A stretch of 64,000 bases of DNA, taken from contig CALGZB010000170.1 in the NCBI GenBank assembly GCA_937934655.1, forward strand, positions 56,882 through 120,881. The letters are read 5' to 3'. The notes beneath the pieces are model-generated. The model did no database searches. It saw only the letters and a program-made list of their open reading frames with translations, and was not told where the DNA came from. The position numbers and the translations under genes were made by a program. Shown in pieces: positions 27,380 to 37,132 of the stretch. Each line of letters starts with the position of its first letter. Positions within the stretch are counted from its first letter, which is position 1. The DNA is from an uncultured Acidimicrobiales bacterium. Lineage in GTDB: Bacteria > Actinomycetota > Acidimicrobiia > Acidimicrobiales > SHLQ01.

Positions 27380-28752
27380 CAGTAGCCCAGTTCTCGACAG
27401 ATTTCCTTGGCCGCCTGGAACTCTGCGTTTGTGGTGGCGAAGGTGTGGGCACCGGCGACGCCGCCTTCGTCGGTCAACACATAGAAGAACCAGTCGCCCT
27501 CGGCCGGAGCCAAAGCAGCCCGGAGCGAAGCAAGGCCAGGCGCAGCGATCGGTGTCGGCGGAAGGCCGACGCTGTTGAGGTTACGGGTGTTGTAGGGCGA
27601 GTCCGAAGCCAAATCGCTTTCGAGGAGGGGGTCGCCTGGACGCTTGTCGACCGCGTAACGGGTACTGGCATCGATACCGAGCGCTTCGCCTCGAACGAGG
27701 CGGTTGTAGATAACCCGAGCGATCTTGGGCCGGTCGGCATCGATCTTGGCTTCTTCTTCGATGAGCGATGCAATAACGATCATGTCGTAATCGGTGAGGT
27801 TCAGGCCTTCGGTTCCGGCAACAGGTGGCAGCGTGCCACCCGCCTCGTTCTTCGCTATGTCGAATTGCCCTTCCATAGTGCGGGCCATATTTCGAAGGAT
27901 GCTGAGCTCGCTCAGCGCAGCGTCTTCGGCAACCTCATACGTGCTCGGAAACAGCAGGCCCTCGTACGGGGTGCGGTATCCGGCGGCAAGAGCACGGGCG
28001 TCGAGATCTTCGGGTAAGAACCGGCTTTCGACCTGAAGATTGTTGAGCTCACTCCGAAAGTCCTCGGACGCGTACTTGGAGTTCTCGGCAATGAGCCGGT
28101 CGATAATCTGGTCGACCGTGAGACCCTCAGGAATAGTGACCGAGAAGTTCTGAGGCGGGATCGACCCGAGGTTCAGTTCGTCAACCACATCTTGGAAGCT
28201 CATATTTGTGTTCAACAGGTACTTGCCAGCCTGCCAACTAACTTCCTGGGTTTCCTCGCACTCGAGCAGGCGCTTTACCGCACTCGAGCAGCGAAGCCAG
28301 TAGCGAAATATCGTGGGGTTTGAGATCACGTTTGCGCCAGCGAGGTTCTGAGCCGTGGTGTTCGTTCCCTCACCTTCGGAGATAAGGAACTCGATCTCGG
28401 AGCCAACCGGTCCTGAGGGAACAACTTGATCTGCCGCCCAGTCATCGACGATTCCTGCGACGTAGAAGCCGGCGAACCCGAGAAGGACTGCGACGATAGC
28501 TAACCGGCGGAACGGTCCGGAGCGGCGAGGTAGTCGGACATAGTCTCGGGGATCGATGTATTCGATGTGTGGCTCGGGGGCGACATCGGGCCGCTGATAA
28601 CCCTGCACATACTGCGAGGGCGCGTGCTGCTCGACCGGTGCCGCTTCAGTGGCAACGCTCCCAGCACCGAGATTGGGTGCAGAGGGATTGGGCGCAGCGG
28701 GATTGCTGGCGTTCGGGTTGCCCAGGTTCGGGTCATGTGGGGTGTTCGACAT
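27376..28752 (-). CDS. mltG: endolytic murein transglycosylase MltG (YceG-like)
   Basis: ORF track gives 27376-28803, a 40-nt overlap with ruvX. The ATG at 28752 (MSNTPHDPNLGNPN...) avoids it. It has one TM, IASLIEEEAK, and YNTRNLNSVGLPPTPIAAPG. Confidence 0.9.
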   Translation of the reverse strand: MSNTPHDPNLGNPNASNPAAPNPSAPNLGAGSVATEAAPVEQHAPSQYVQGYQRPDVAPEPHIEYIDPRDYVRLPRRSGPFRRLAIVAVLLGFAGFYVAGIVDDWAADQVVPSGPVGSEIEFLISEGEGTNTTAQNLAGANVISNPTIFRYWLRCSSAVKRLLECEETQEVSWQAGKYLLNTNMSFQDVVDELNLGSIPPQNFSVTIPEGLTVDQIIDRLIAENSKYASEDFRSELNNLQVESRFLPEDLDARALAAGYRTPYEGLLFPSTYEVAEDAALSELSILRNMARTMEGQFDIAKNEAGGTLPPVAGTEGLNLTDYDMIVIASLIEEEAKIDADRPKIARVIYNRLVRGEALGIDASTRYAVDKRPGDPLLESDLASDSPYNTRNLNSVGLPPTPIAAPGLASLRAALAPAEGDWFFYVLTDEGGVAGAHTFATTNAEFQAAKEICRELGYC

Positions 28753-28763
28753 AAGTTCCGCGT

Positions 28764-29195
28764 CTATTCGGGAGGTTCCGCTGCGAGCTGCTTGTCGAGC
28801 CATCCCTGAAGCAGAATCGCAGCAGCTACTCGATCGACAACTTTGCGTCGTTCGGCGGCACCGAGGTTCTGTTCCATGAGCGACCGATTGGCAGTCACGG
28901 TGGTTAAACGTTCATCGTAGGTCTCAATAGGTACCTGAAGCGCGGCACCCAGCCGATCAATCTCCTTGAGCACGCCTTTTGCCGCTGGGCCGATGGACCC
29001 ATCGAGGGACAAAGGCATACCGACGATCACGATTTCGGCTTCCCACTCAAGAACCAAGTCGTTAATCGCTCGGTGCTCTCGCTGCAGATCACCGAGCCGG
29101 TGAACAGTGTCGATTGGGGTCGCGACGCGACCGTCGGAGTCGGAGATCGCGACACCAATTCGTTTCGACCCGAGGTCGAGGCCCAGTGCTCTCAA
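28764..29195 (-). CDS. ruvX: YqgF/RuvX putative pre-16S rRNA nuclease / Holliday junction resolvase-like
   Basis: 143 aa with a TTG start. MRALGLDLGSKRIGVAISD and an RNase H-like fold signature. Conserved alaS-ruvX-mltG order. Confidence 0.93.
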   Translation of the reverse strand: MRALGLDLGSKRIGVAISDSDGRVATPIDTVHRLGDLQREHRAINDLVLEWEAEIVIVGMPLSLDGSIGPAAKGVLKEIDRLGAALQVPIETYDERLTTVTANRSLMEQNLGAAERRKVVDRVAAAILLQGWLDKQLAAEPPE

Positions 29196-29209
29196 GCTAC
29201 GTTGCCGGC

Positions 29210-31768
29210 CTAGAGGCCAGCCGCCGCCCGTGCTTGATCGAGCGCAGCATCAAGATTCTCGGGAGCCTTACCGCCTGCGGTTGCCAGGTCGGCTCCGGGC
29301 CGGCCTCCCCCGCCGATGCTCTTCTTTGCTTCCTCGATGAGGGCTCCAGCGTCGTAATCCGCTCCAGGCGAAACCGCTGCGGCAAGGAACACGCCTTTGT
29401 CCGGGGCCGAGCCAAGAACGACAGCGTCGATGCCGTCGCGATCTCGAATCGCAACAGCAAGATCGCGTAGACCCCCTTGGTCGAGGCCTTCCACTTTGGC
29501 CACGAGCACTCCACCGATGGCTTGCGCGGCAAGTTCGCCGGCCTGCCCAATCGCTACCTGGCGTCGAAGGTCGGCGATCTCTTTGCGGAGCGACTTTGCT
29601 TCGGCCAAACGCCGTTGCACGCCGTCGACGATGTCGTCAGGGCTCACGCCAACGAGTTCGGCGACCTGGCCGACAAGCTCTTCTCGATGACGGAGGCGTT
29701 CGATCGGGCCGTTCCCGGTGAGCGCCTCAAGGCGTCGGATGTTTGAGCCAACCGAGCTCTCGGCAATGATCTTCACGGGACCGATATCGCCAAGCGCCGA
29801 CACGTGGGTTCCTCCGCACAGCTCAACCGAGTTATGGCCGGCTTCGAGGACCCGCACGACGTCGCCGTACTTGTCGCCGAAGAACGCAATGGCGCCCAGT
29901 TGTTCGGCGTTGTCCTTCGACGTCTCGAAGTGGCGAACATCGCCATTGTCGAGAATTTCGCCGTTCACGAGGTCCTCGATCTGGGCGATCTCCTCAGACT
30001 TCAGGGCGTCGTAATGCGAGAAGTCAAAGCGCAAACGGTCGGGGCCGACATAGGAGCCCTGCTGTTTGACATGGTCGCCCAAAACCTTCCGAAGCGCCCA
30101 ATGAAGAATATGGGTCCCGGTATGGTTGCGGCGGATCGCATCGCGCCGAACCGTGTCGATCGCAGCCGAGGCCTTCTGTCCGACTTCGATAGTCCCCTCG
30201 ACAGAGCCGATCATCATCCGATGCACGCCGGGCACGGCGTAGGTGGTGTTGGAGATCGTTGCCGTACCGGTTTCGGTGCTGATAGTTCCGGTGTCGCCTA
30301 CCTGACCACCACTCTCGGCATAGAACGGCGTTGCATCGAGCACGATGGAATACTCATCGACCAACAAGACCGTGGCCTCGTTCGCAAAGACCTCTCGGCC
30401 CACAAAGTCGGTGGGTCCTGAGCTGTCGGCGATCTCACGGAACGGCATTGGATCGAAGTCGCCACCTTCGGTACTGCGTGCCGCCTTGGCCCGAGTGCGT
30501 TGCTCGTCCATTGCTTTCTCGAACCCGACATGGTCGACGGTTACACCGCGTTCGGCAACGATTTCTTCGGTGACGCCTAGAGGGAAGCCGTAGGTGTCAT
30601 GCAGCTGGAAGGCAACCTCACCGGGGAGCACATCGCCTTCAGAGAGCTCGGACAACTTGCTATCGAGAATGTTCGAACCGGTAGCCAGCGTCTGCCGGAA
30701 GACCTCTTCCTCGCGCTCGATAACGTCGCGAATGTAGGAGTGGTTCTTGACGATCTCGGGATAATCGGCCCCCATGATCTCGACAACGCCATCGACCATT
30801 CGCGGCATCACGGTGGTCTCAACACCAAGAATGTATGCGTGGCGAACGGCACGCCGGATAATCCGGCGAAGGACAAAGCCCCGGTCCTCGTTGGACGGGA
30901 ACACGCCATCGCTGATCATGAACGCAGTGCTGCGGGCATGGTCGGCGAACACCCGAAGCGACACGTCGGATTCAGGGTCGGCACCGTCAGCTACGCCGGT
31001 GATCTCGGTTGCGATAGCCAACAGGCGGGCGAATTCATCGGTTTCCCAGACCGAAGACACACCTTGAAGAACCGTAAGGATTCGCTCGAGCCCGGCACCG
31101 GTATCGATACTGGGCTTTGGAAGCGAAACCTGCGTGCCGTCTTCCTGCTGTTCGAACTGCATGAACACCAGGTTCCAGATTTCGATGAACCGGTGTTCGC
31201 CACCCTCGGCTGGGCCACCATCTTCACCAAACTCTGGGCCGAGGTCATAGAAGATCTCCGAGCACGGTCCGTTTGGTCCGGTGTCGGCCATACGCCACCA
31301 GTTGTCCTCGTCGAGGCGCTGCACCCGATCGGCTGCGACCCCAACCTCATCGGTCCAGATTGCTGACGCTTCGTCATCGGTCAGGTGCACCGTTACCCAA
31401 AGCTTGTCGGCGTCGAGACCAAGGGTTTCGGTAACGAACTCCCAGGCCCACGCAATCGCTTCCTTTTTGAAGTAATCGCCGAAGGAAAAGTTGCCCATCA
31501 TCTCGAAAAAGGTGAGGTGGCGGGTGGTGCGTCCTACCTCTTCAAGGTCGTTGTGCTTTCCACCGGCTCGCACCGCCTTTTGGACGCTCACGACACGTGA
31601 GTGCGGCGGCGTTTCTTCACCGACGAAATAGGGCTTGAACGGCACCATTCCGGCGTTGGTGAAGAGCAGGGTTTTGTCGTGCGGAATCACGCTCGCGGAC
31701 GCGACTTCGGTGTGGCCCCGCTCGGTAAAGAAGGACGTGAAGGAGCGACGAAGTTCGTTGGCTTTCAT
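29210..31768 (-). CDS. alaS: alanine--tRNA ligase
   Basis: 852 aa. FTNAGMVPFK, and editing-domain Zn motifs HTGTHILH and CGGTHV. Confidence 0.98.
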   Translation of the reverse strand: MKANELRRSFTSFFTERGHTEVASASVIPHDKTLLFTNAGMVPFKPYFVGEETPPHSRVVSVQKAVRAGGKHNDLEEVGRTTRHLTFFEMMGNFSFGDYFKKEAIAWAWEFVTETLGLDADKLWVTVHLTDDEASAIWTDEVGVAADRVQRLDEDNWWRMADTGPNGPCSEIFYDLGPEFGEDGGPAEGGEHRFIEIWNLVFMQFEQQEDGTQVSLPKPSIDTGAGLERILTVLQGVSSVWETDEFARLLAIATEITGVADGADPESDVSLRVFADHARSTAFMISDGVFPSNEDRGFVLRRIIRRAVRHAYILGVETTVMPRMVDGVVEIMGADYPEIVKNHSYIRDVIEREEEVFRQTLATGSNILDSKLSELSEGDVLPGEVAFQLHDTYGFPLGVTEEIVAERGVTVDHVGFEKAMDEQRTRAKAARSTEGGDFDPMPFREIADSSGPTDFVGREVFANEATVLLVDEYSIVLDATPFYAESGGQVGDTGTISTETGTATISNTTYAVPGVHRMMIGSVEGTIEVGQKASAAIDTVRRDAIRRNHTGTHILHWALRKVLGDHVKQQGSYVGPDRLRFDFSHYDALKSEEIAQIEDLVNGEILDNGDVRHFETSKDNAEQLGAIAFFGDKYGDVVRVLEAGHNSVELCGGTHVSALGDIGPVKIIAESSVGSNIRRLEALTGNGPIERLRHREELVGQVAELVGVSPDDIVDGVQRRLAEAKSLRKEIADLRRQVAIGQAGELAAQAIGGVLVAKVEGLDQGGLRDLAVAIRDRDGIDAVVLGSAPDKGVFLAAAVSPGADYDAGALIEEAKKSIGGGGRPGADLATAGGKAPENLDAALDQARAAAGL

Positions 31769-31839
31769 GGTGATGCGATTCTACCGGCCGAACACCGACT
31801 CAATGAACCAGTTATCCGAACCCTTGCCGGGTTTCGGGC

Positions 31840-32223
31840 CTAACGATGACGGTTGAATCCGCCGCGCCCACGACGCCGGGACCGATGCGGCTCGTCGCGC
31901 AGGTCGATGCTCTCGGCGACACCAGCACTATTGGCGCTTTCCACCGTGTCGAACGCACCATCGCGAACGTCGGCAATGTCGTTCATCTCGCCGCCGTCGT
32001 CGTAGCCAAAGTCCGGGGCGCGGACCCGCTGCACAACATCAAACACGTCGGTGCCAAGGTCACGGACCTTGTTCACCGCTTCCTTCGAGCGACCTACCGC
32101 CTCGTCGCGGAGATGCTCGGGCGTATAGCGCTCGACGGTCTTCTTCACTTTGCGTTGGACATACACCGATGAGCCGAGGCCGAGGCCGTAGCCGACGCCT
32201 GTCCACACCACACGCTTGAACAT
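31840..32223 (-). CDS. hypothetical small membrane-anchored protein (127 aa)
   Basis: ORF track gives 31840-32691, which overlaps rarA. The ATG at 32223 (MFKRVVWTGVGYGLGLGSSVYVQRKVKK...) starts 10 nt after the rarA stop. One N-terminal hydrophobic helix and an Arg-rich C-terminus. Confidence 0.6.
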   Translation of the reverse strand: MFKRVVWTGVGYGLGLGSSVYVQRKVKKTVERYTPEHLRDEAVGRSKEAVNKVRDLGTDVFDVVQRVRAPDFGYDDGGEMNDIADVRDGAFDTVESANSAGVAESIDLRDEPHRSRRRGRGGFNRHR

Positions 32224-32233
32224 GCCGACAACC

Positions 32234-33583
32234 TTACTCGGGTTCGACTTGCTCTGCCCTGACTGGCGCTTCCTCGTGCGGAGAACCATGAGAACCACGT
32301 GCTGCCTGCCGGTCGGCGATCTCCGCCTCGAATCCGTGCGATGTCGGTTCATAGAACCGGTGGCCAACCAACTCATCGGGCAGATACTGCTGCTCGACCC
32401 ACCCCCGCTTGTCATCGTGGGGGTAGCGGTACCCCACACCATGGCCAAGCGAGGCCGCTCCCTGGTAATGCCCATCTCGAAGCGCTGGCGGAACCGAACC
32501 CTCGCCAGACGCCTCGGCTGCGGCTTTGCGAGCGCTAAAGATTCCGGTCGTAGCCCGGTTCGATTTGGGCGCCGTTGCGAGATGGATAACCGCTTGAGAC
32601 AAGTTGAGTTGCGCTTCGGGCAGGCCGACAAACTCAACAGCACGAGCCGATGCATCGGCGATAAGCAGCGACATTGGGTCGGCCATGCCAATGTCTTCGC
32701 TGGCGAGTATGACCAGACGTCGGGCGATGAACCGGGCGTCCTCGCCGGCTTCGAGCATGCGGGCCAACCAGTAGAGGCCAGCGTCGGGATCTGAGCCCCG
32801 GATGCTCTTAATGAACGCCGAGATCACGTCATAGTGTTCGTCGCGGCCATAACGAAGCGCTTTCGCTCCGAGCGCAGCCTCGGCATCGTCGATGGTTACC
32901 GACGCCGGTTTCGATCGGTCTTCGGCCAACGCAACCGCTACTTCGAGGCTCGTGAGCGCGTGCCGGCCATCACCGCCTGCGCGGTCGACGAGGTGATGAA
33001 TTGCTTCGTCTGTTGCGGTCGCCCCTTCGGCCTTCAGTCCACGACGACAGAGTTCGACGATGGCGTCTCGGTCGAGCGACTCGAGCCGAAACAGCGTCGA
33101 GCGAGACAAAAGCGGCGGGTTGACCTCGAAGTACGGGTTCTCGGTGGTGGCACCAATGAGCACGATGAGACCGGATTCGACCGACGGCAACAGTGCATCT
33201 TGCTGGCTCTTGTTAAAACGATGCACCTCGTCGAGAAACAAGATTGTGCCCTGTCCTCGTTCGCCGAGACGCTGTTCGGCCTTGGCGATGATCTCCCGGA
33301 CGTCTTTGACCGAGGCGCTGACCGCGGACAACTTCTCGAACGCCTTCGCCGTGGAATGGGCAATGAGCTCGGAGATCGTTGTCTTTCCGGTGCCCGGAGG
33401 ACCCCAAAAGATCACCGATGAGAGTCGGTCGGCCTCGATAAGGGCACGAAGCGGCTTCCCGGGCGCAACAAGATGGGTTTGTCCGACGACCTCGTCGAGG
33501 TGACGAGGTCGTAGGCGGGCGGCAAGGGGCGCTCGTTGTTCGAGCCTTTGCTCGGCCGCAGCACTAAAGAGGTCATCGGCCAT
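32234..33583 (-). CDS. rarA: replication-associated recombination protein A (AAA+ ATPase)
   Basis: ORF track gives 32234-33634. I prefer the ATG at 33583 (MADDLFSAAAEQRLEQRAPLAARLRPRHLDEVVGQTHL). Walker A GPPGTGKTT, Walker B LFLDEVHRFNK. Confidence 0.95.
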   Translation of the reverse strand: MADDLFSAAAEQRLEQRAPLAARLRPRHLDEVVGQTHLVAPGKPLRALIEADRLSSVIFWGPPGTGKTTISELIAHSTAKAFEKLSAVSASVKDVREIIAKAEQRLGERGQGTILFLDEVHRFNKSQQDALLPSVESGLIVLIGATTENPYFEVNPPLLSRSTLFRLESLDRDAIVELCRRGLKAEGATATDEAIHHLVDRAGGDGRHALTSLEVAVALAEDRSKPASVTIDDAEAALGAKALRYGRDEHYDVISAFIKSIRGSDPDAGLYWLARMLEAGEDARFIARRLVILASEDIGMADPMSLLIADASARAVEFVGLPEAQLNLSQAVIHLATAPKSNRATTGIFSARKAAAEASGEGSVPPALRDGHYQGAASLGHGVGYRYPHDDKRGWVEQQYLPDELVGHRFYEPTSHGFEAEIADRQAARGSHGSPHEEAPVRAEQVEPE

Positions 33584-33677
33584 TGGCAATCCTTGATCAG
33601 CCTGAGGTTTTTCGGCGAACCGAACGTCGCACACGGTAGTTCGCCTGACGTGCCAAAAGGCTCAGGTTTGCCGCGTA

Positions 33678-34598
33678 TTGGCCGAAAGAGTTCTCATGCC
33701 AACTCCCTTGGTGATTCTGTTTTGGATCTGGCTGCTGATTTCGGTAGCCATTTATCTGTCCCGCCTGTTCAAACGAGCGTCCAACAAGTCGACGTCCGAT
33801 GATGATGGCACTGGCGGCACTGGCGGCAATGACGCCACTGACGGTGACGCGCCCGGCGACGAGTTACCCCTCGACTCCCCAGAGCGCTGGGCACCCGCGG
33901 CCGATTCGCAAACAAACGCGGGTGCTAGCACGGCCTCACCCGAGATGACCTCCCCAACCAGCGCGTCTCCGGCTCCGCAGGCCGCCACCCCCGACATCAA
34001 GCCTGAACCGGCGGTCGCCGCTGCACTCGCCGAGCAGGCGCTCGATGAGCCCGAAACGTCTCCTGGTTCACCGGTTCCGGTCCAATCATCCCCCACTCCC
34101 GTTTCCTCTGAGCCGGCCCTTCCGGTTAGCGAACTAGCCTCGCGACTTGAACCACTGGTTGACGAGTCACACATCGAGCCATCGGTACTTCAGGCGATGA
34201 GCCCCACACAACGGGCTGCCCTGGGCACTACTGCCGCGGCAACCGGCGGACTCTTCGATCCGCAAACTCGCGCCGTCGTTCTCGACGAGACGACCTACGA
34301 TCACACGCCGCTTCGGGACCTCCTGGCCGGGATCGCACTCCCTTGCGACCTCCTTCCAACATTCCGCACCGCAAGCAACGACCACTACGCGATCTTTACC
34401 ACCACCTCCGCAACCCCACCCGAGGTTGCCGCAAAGGTCGCCGCTGAACTCGAAAGGCTCGGCTTCGAGGTCTCACCTCGTCCACCAGCAGGGGCACGAG
34501 CTATTCGAGCGACCTCCGCGGTCGACGTCATCGTCACGATGATCGAGGAAACCGACGAGAAACCCACCCACGTCGAGCTCGAGTTCACGTCGCTCTAG
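33678..34598 (+). CDS. hypothetical single-pass membrane protein with a Pro/Ser/Ala-rich linker and a C-terminal globular domain
   Basis: 306 aa with a TTG start; alternative ATG at 33696. TM PLVILFWIWLLISVAIYL, a low-complexity acidic and proline-rich region of about 130 aa, then about 110 aa of unrecognised domain. Confidence 0.6.
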   Translation: MAERVLMPTPLVILFWIWLLISVAIYLSRLFKRASNKSTSDDDGTGGTGGNDATDGDAPGDELPLDSPERWAPAADSQTNAGASTASPEMTSPTSASPAPQAATPDIKPEPAVAAALAEQALDEPETSPGSPVPVQSSPTPVSSEPALPVSELASRLEPLVDESHIEPSVLQAMSPTQRAALGTTAAATGGLFDPQTRAVVLDETTYDHTPLRDLLAGIALPCDLLPTFRTASNDHYAIFTTTSATPPEVAAKVAAELERLGFEVSPRPPAGARAIRATSAVDVIVTMIEETDEKPTHVELEFTSL

Positions 34599-34612
34599 CG
34601 AGAAGTCTCTAG

Positions 34613-35149
34613 CTACGAGAGACCGCTAAGCCAACTCTCGACTGCGGCGATCACATCCGCGTCGCGGCCTTTGGCATCATGGCGGGCACCCTCAAGCCAC
34701 ACCTGAGTCACTGGCCCAGGAATCGCCGCGACGTGTTCGTCGAATTCCTCAGGAGTACCGAACGGGTCGCGATCGCCTGACACAAACAGCACCGGAATAT
34801 TGAGTTTGGGGAAGTGGTCGACCCGGAGCTTGTCGGGCTTCTCCGGTGGATGCAACGGATAGCTGAGAAGCACAAGCCCCCTCGCCGGAAGACCTTCCGC
34901 CACAGCTATCGAGCACATTCGGCCACCGAAGGAACGTCCGCCGAGGATGAGGCGACTCGGCCGGATCCGGGCTTCGGCCACTAACTCGGTGGCCGCCGAA
35001 CCAATGAGATCCATGACCTTTGGAACGCTACGTAGTTTGATATCGATGCGGCTTGTTGGAAGCGAAAGTGCGTCATCGAGCGCAACAAGGGTTTTGTGCG
35101 AACGGTCGGCGCCAGCCCCTGGGGCAAGCAGCAACGCTCCGGGTTTCAT
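34613..35149 (-). CDS. alpha/beta hydrolase (short dienelactone-hydrolase/KANL3-like family)
   Basis: 178 aa. Nucleophile elbow GGRSFGGRM, SGDRDPFG and ARHD (Ser-Asp-His order). ATGA overlap with the upstream J-domain gene. Confidence 0.8.
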   Translation of the reverse strand: MKPGALLLAPGAGADRSHKTLVALDDALSLPTSRIDIKLRSVPKVMDLIGSAATELVAEARIRPSRLILGGRSFGGRMCSIAVAEGLPARGLVLLSYPLHPPEKPDKLRVDHFPKLNIPVLFVSGDRDPFGTPEEFDEHVAAIPGPVTQVWLEGARHDAKGRDADVIAAVESWLSGLS

Positions 35150-35913
35150 GAAGCGAGGAGGATCCGTCGGGCTTCGGTGAGTTCGGAGATGCGGTCTGCC
35201 GCATCATCTTCGCCGCCACCGTGATCGGGATGAGCATCTCGGAGCAGATCACGAAAGCGCGTCAGGATGATCTTTTTCTCCGGGGTTTCTTCGATGCCAC
35301 CAAACCCGAAGATCTCAAGCGCCCACGACACCGGGTCGCCAGTACCCATCGGTAGCGAACCAACCGCCGACGCCGATCCACCGAGGAGGTGAAAGATCAG
35401 CGACGGTCCGACCGGACCAGCCCATCGCAGTCCTTTGCGAATGGTCTCCATGACCGTGGCTCGAGTTGTTCCGGTGAATTCGCCCGCCGCATAGATCGCC
35501 GCCAGAACGAATTGTTCGGGTGCTCCCTTGTCGCCCTCAAACGTGTAGGCCATCTCGCCATCGTTTTGCACAAGAGACTGAACACTGGCGCCGAGCCCCA
35601 CAATGTCTTGCTGAAATCGGTGCCGAAGGCGCGGCTGCGGAATCCGCATTCCCGCTTCGAGTTCGCGAGTGAGCGCAAAAATGTCGGGGTAGAGGTCGGG
35701 GTCCATATCGTTGGAGAACCGGGCGACCACGCCACCGAGCAGCACGCCACCATGACCGGGAGCAGGGTCGACGGGCAGCTGGAGCTGGCCGAGCGCTACA
35801 CGTCGGGTGGGGGCAATCGGACGGGAGTGAAAAACTTCAAGCTCGGCGAGCAACACGCTGATTATCGTACCGGTCGGCCGAAGCGCTGAGGAAGCCAGAC
35901 GGGACCTGAGCAA
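35146..35913 (-). CDS. protein with a C-terminal minimal J-domain (HPD) and an unrecognised N-terminal domain
   Basis: 255 aa. The C-terminus KKIILTRFRDLLRDAHPDHGGGEDDAADRISELTEARRILL is J-domain helix II, the HPD loop, then helix III. The start is uncertain: TTG at 35913 or GTG at 35856. Confidence 0.7.
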   Translation of the reverse strand: MLRSRLASSALRPTGTIISVLLAELEVFHSRPIAPTRRVALGQLQLPVDPAPGHGGVLLGGVVARFSNDMDPDLYPDIFALTRELEAGMRIPQPRLRHRFQQDIVGLGASVQSLVQNDGEMAYTFEGDKGAPEQFVLAAIYAAGEFTGTTRATVMETIRKGLRWAGPVGPSLIFHLLGGSASAVGSLPMGTGDPVSWALEIFGFGGIEETPEKKIILTRFRDLLRDAHPDHGGGEDDAADRISELTEARRILLAS

Positions 35914-35954
35914 CCCGGTCGATTCAAGATGGTGCGAGAAGGAGCCGGCCGTTC

Positions 35955-37016
35955 TTAGATCATGCTGCGCAAGGTATTGCGCAACGTTGTTGCAGCCTCA
36001 CTGATGATTTCATCATCGCCGTCGTTTTCGAGCTCGCCGCGAATGGTGTGCACCAGTCCCGTGATACCCGCCCACGTCGCCGAATCGAGTCCAAAGGGAC
36101 GCTTCGATTCAGCCATTGTGCGACCGTGTTCGGTAATGCCTTCGACGCCGCGGTAGTCGCGTCCGTCTTTCGCAAGCCGGCTCGCCGCCTCGAAAAGGTT
36201 ACTCATGAGCCGGTTGGCGTCGAGTCCCTCGAGTGCGACGAGTTCGGTGTCGTCTTCGTCGGCTGACTCGATCTCGTCGAGTAGCGCATCGAAGATCACT
36301 TCGACCGCTTCCTCGTCGGCTTCAAGAACAACAAGATCGCCATCGACGTTGAAGGTGTGGGCGATCCCACCGAGGCCGAGGCGTGAGGACAGTTCGCTCT
36401 GCTGCGCCGAATCCCAACCCTCCATTTCGTAAACCTCTTTGGGGGCATCGGCATCGAGGGTCGGCAGTGTGGTGCGCTCGATAGCGTCGACGACGGCGTC
36501 GACGCGAGCTTCGTCTGCGTTGCGCACGATGAGCACCGCTCCCTGCCAGGCGTGCTCGACCTCCTCGTTGGTAAGCACCTGGTCGACCATGCGTCGAGAC
36601 TCAAAAGCCCACTCGTGAAGTTCGTAGGCGAGTTGTTCCTCGTCTTCGGCGCCCACCGACGAAACCGCCTGTGGCTTGTCGTTGACGAGTCCAACACCAC
36701 ACTCGGGGCACACCATTGTTCCGGCGACGTACTGGCTTGCGCATTGAAAGCAGTATTCGGGCCCGCCGTTCAGCTCGATTCCGCCCACCTTTTCCTCCGA
36801 AGAGGTCTCGCCCGAAGAACGGTCTTCAGCAGAACTGTCTTCGGTTGGCGTGTCTTCAGCAGCATCAGCGTCGTCGGCAGCTACTTCCTCGCCTTCGGGA
36901 AGATCGGTACGCGACAGATCGAGATCGTCGGGGTTTGGGGCGTTGTAGAGGTCATCGTCACCGTTCACTCCGCCAGTATTGCCGGTTCGAAGCGCTTCGA
37001 CGACCTTCGGGTTCAT
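35955..37016 (-). CDS. acidic hypothetical protein with a Zn-ribbon and two tandem ~55-aa repeats
   Basis: 353 aa. Disordered acidic N-terminus, then CFQC...CPECG (Zn ribbon). The repeats are [11 protein letters not shown]...[27 protein letters not shown] and [11 protein letters not shown]...[33 protein letters not shown]-terminal helical domain. Confidence 0.7.
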   Translation of the reverse strand: MNPKVVEALRTGNTGGVNGDDDLYNAPNPDDLDLSRTDLPEGEEVAADDADAAEDTPTEDSSAEDRSSGETSSEEKVGGIELNGGPEYCFQCASQYVAGTMVCPECGVGLVNDKPQAVSSVGAEDEEQLAYELHEWAFESRRMVDQVLTNEEVEHAWQGAVLIVRNADEARVDAVVDAIERTTLPTLDADAPKEVYEMEGWDSAQQSELSSRLGLGGIAHTFNVDGDLVVLEADEEAVEVIFDALLDEIESADEDDTELVALEGLDANRLMSNLFEAASRLAKDGRDYRGVEGITEHGRTMAESKRPFGLDSATWAGITGLVHTIRGELENDGDDEIISEAATTLRNTLRSMI

Positions 37017-37132
37017 CGAGGATGCAGCACGCCTCTCACCAAGCTACTCAGGAACGCCACGATGCCGCCGACAGGGAACGCAACTGGCGAGCCTCCGCGG
37101 GCCGCCTCCCTTCGAAAGGTACTGTCCGTCTT

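Noticed and set aside
32224-32691. Extension of the small ORF 31840-32691 into rarA
   Set aside because: It would overlap the 3' third of rarA in another frame with an Arg/Ser/Pro-rich peptide. The ATG at 32223, 10 nt after the rarA stop, gives a sensible membrane-anchored N-terminus.
36716-37132. 140-codon N-terminal extension of the glpX ORF
   Set aside because: The extension is an Arg-rich read-through of the antisense strand of the upstream gene. The canonical GlpX N-terminus begins at the ATG at 37133.
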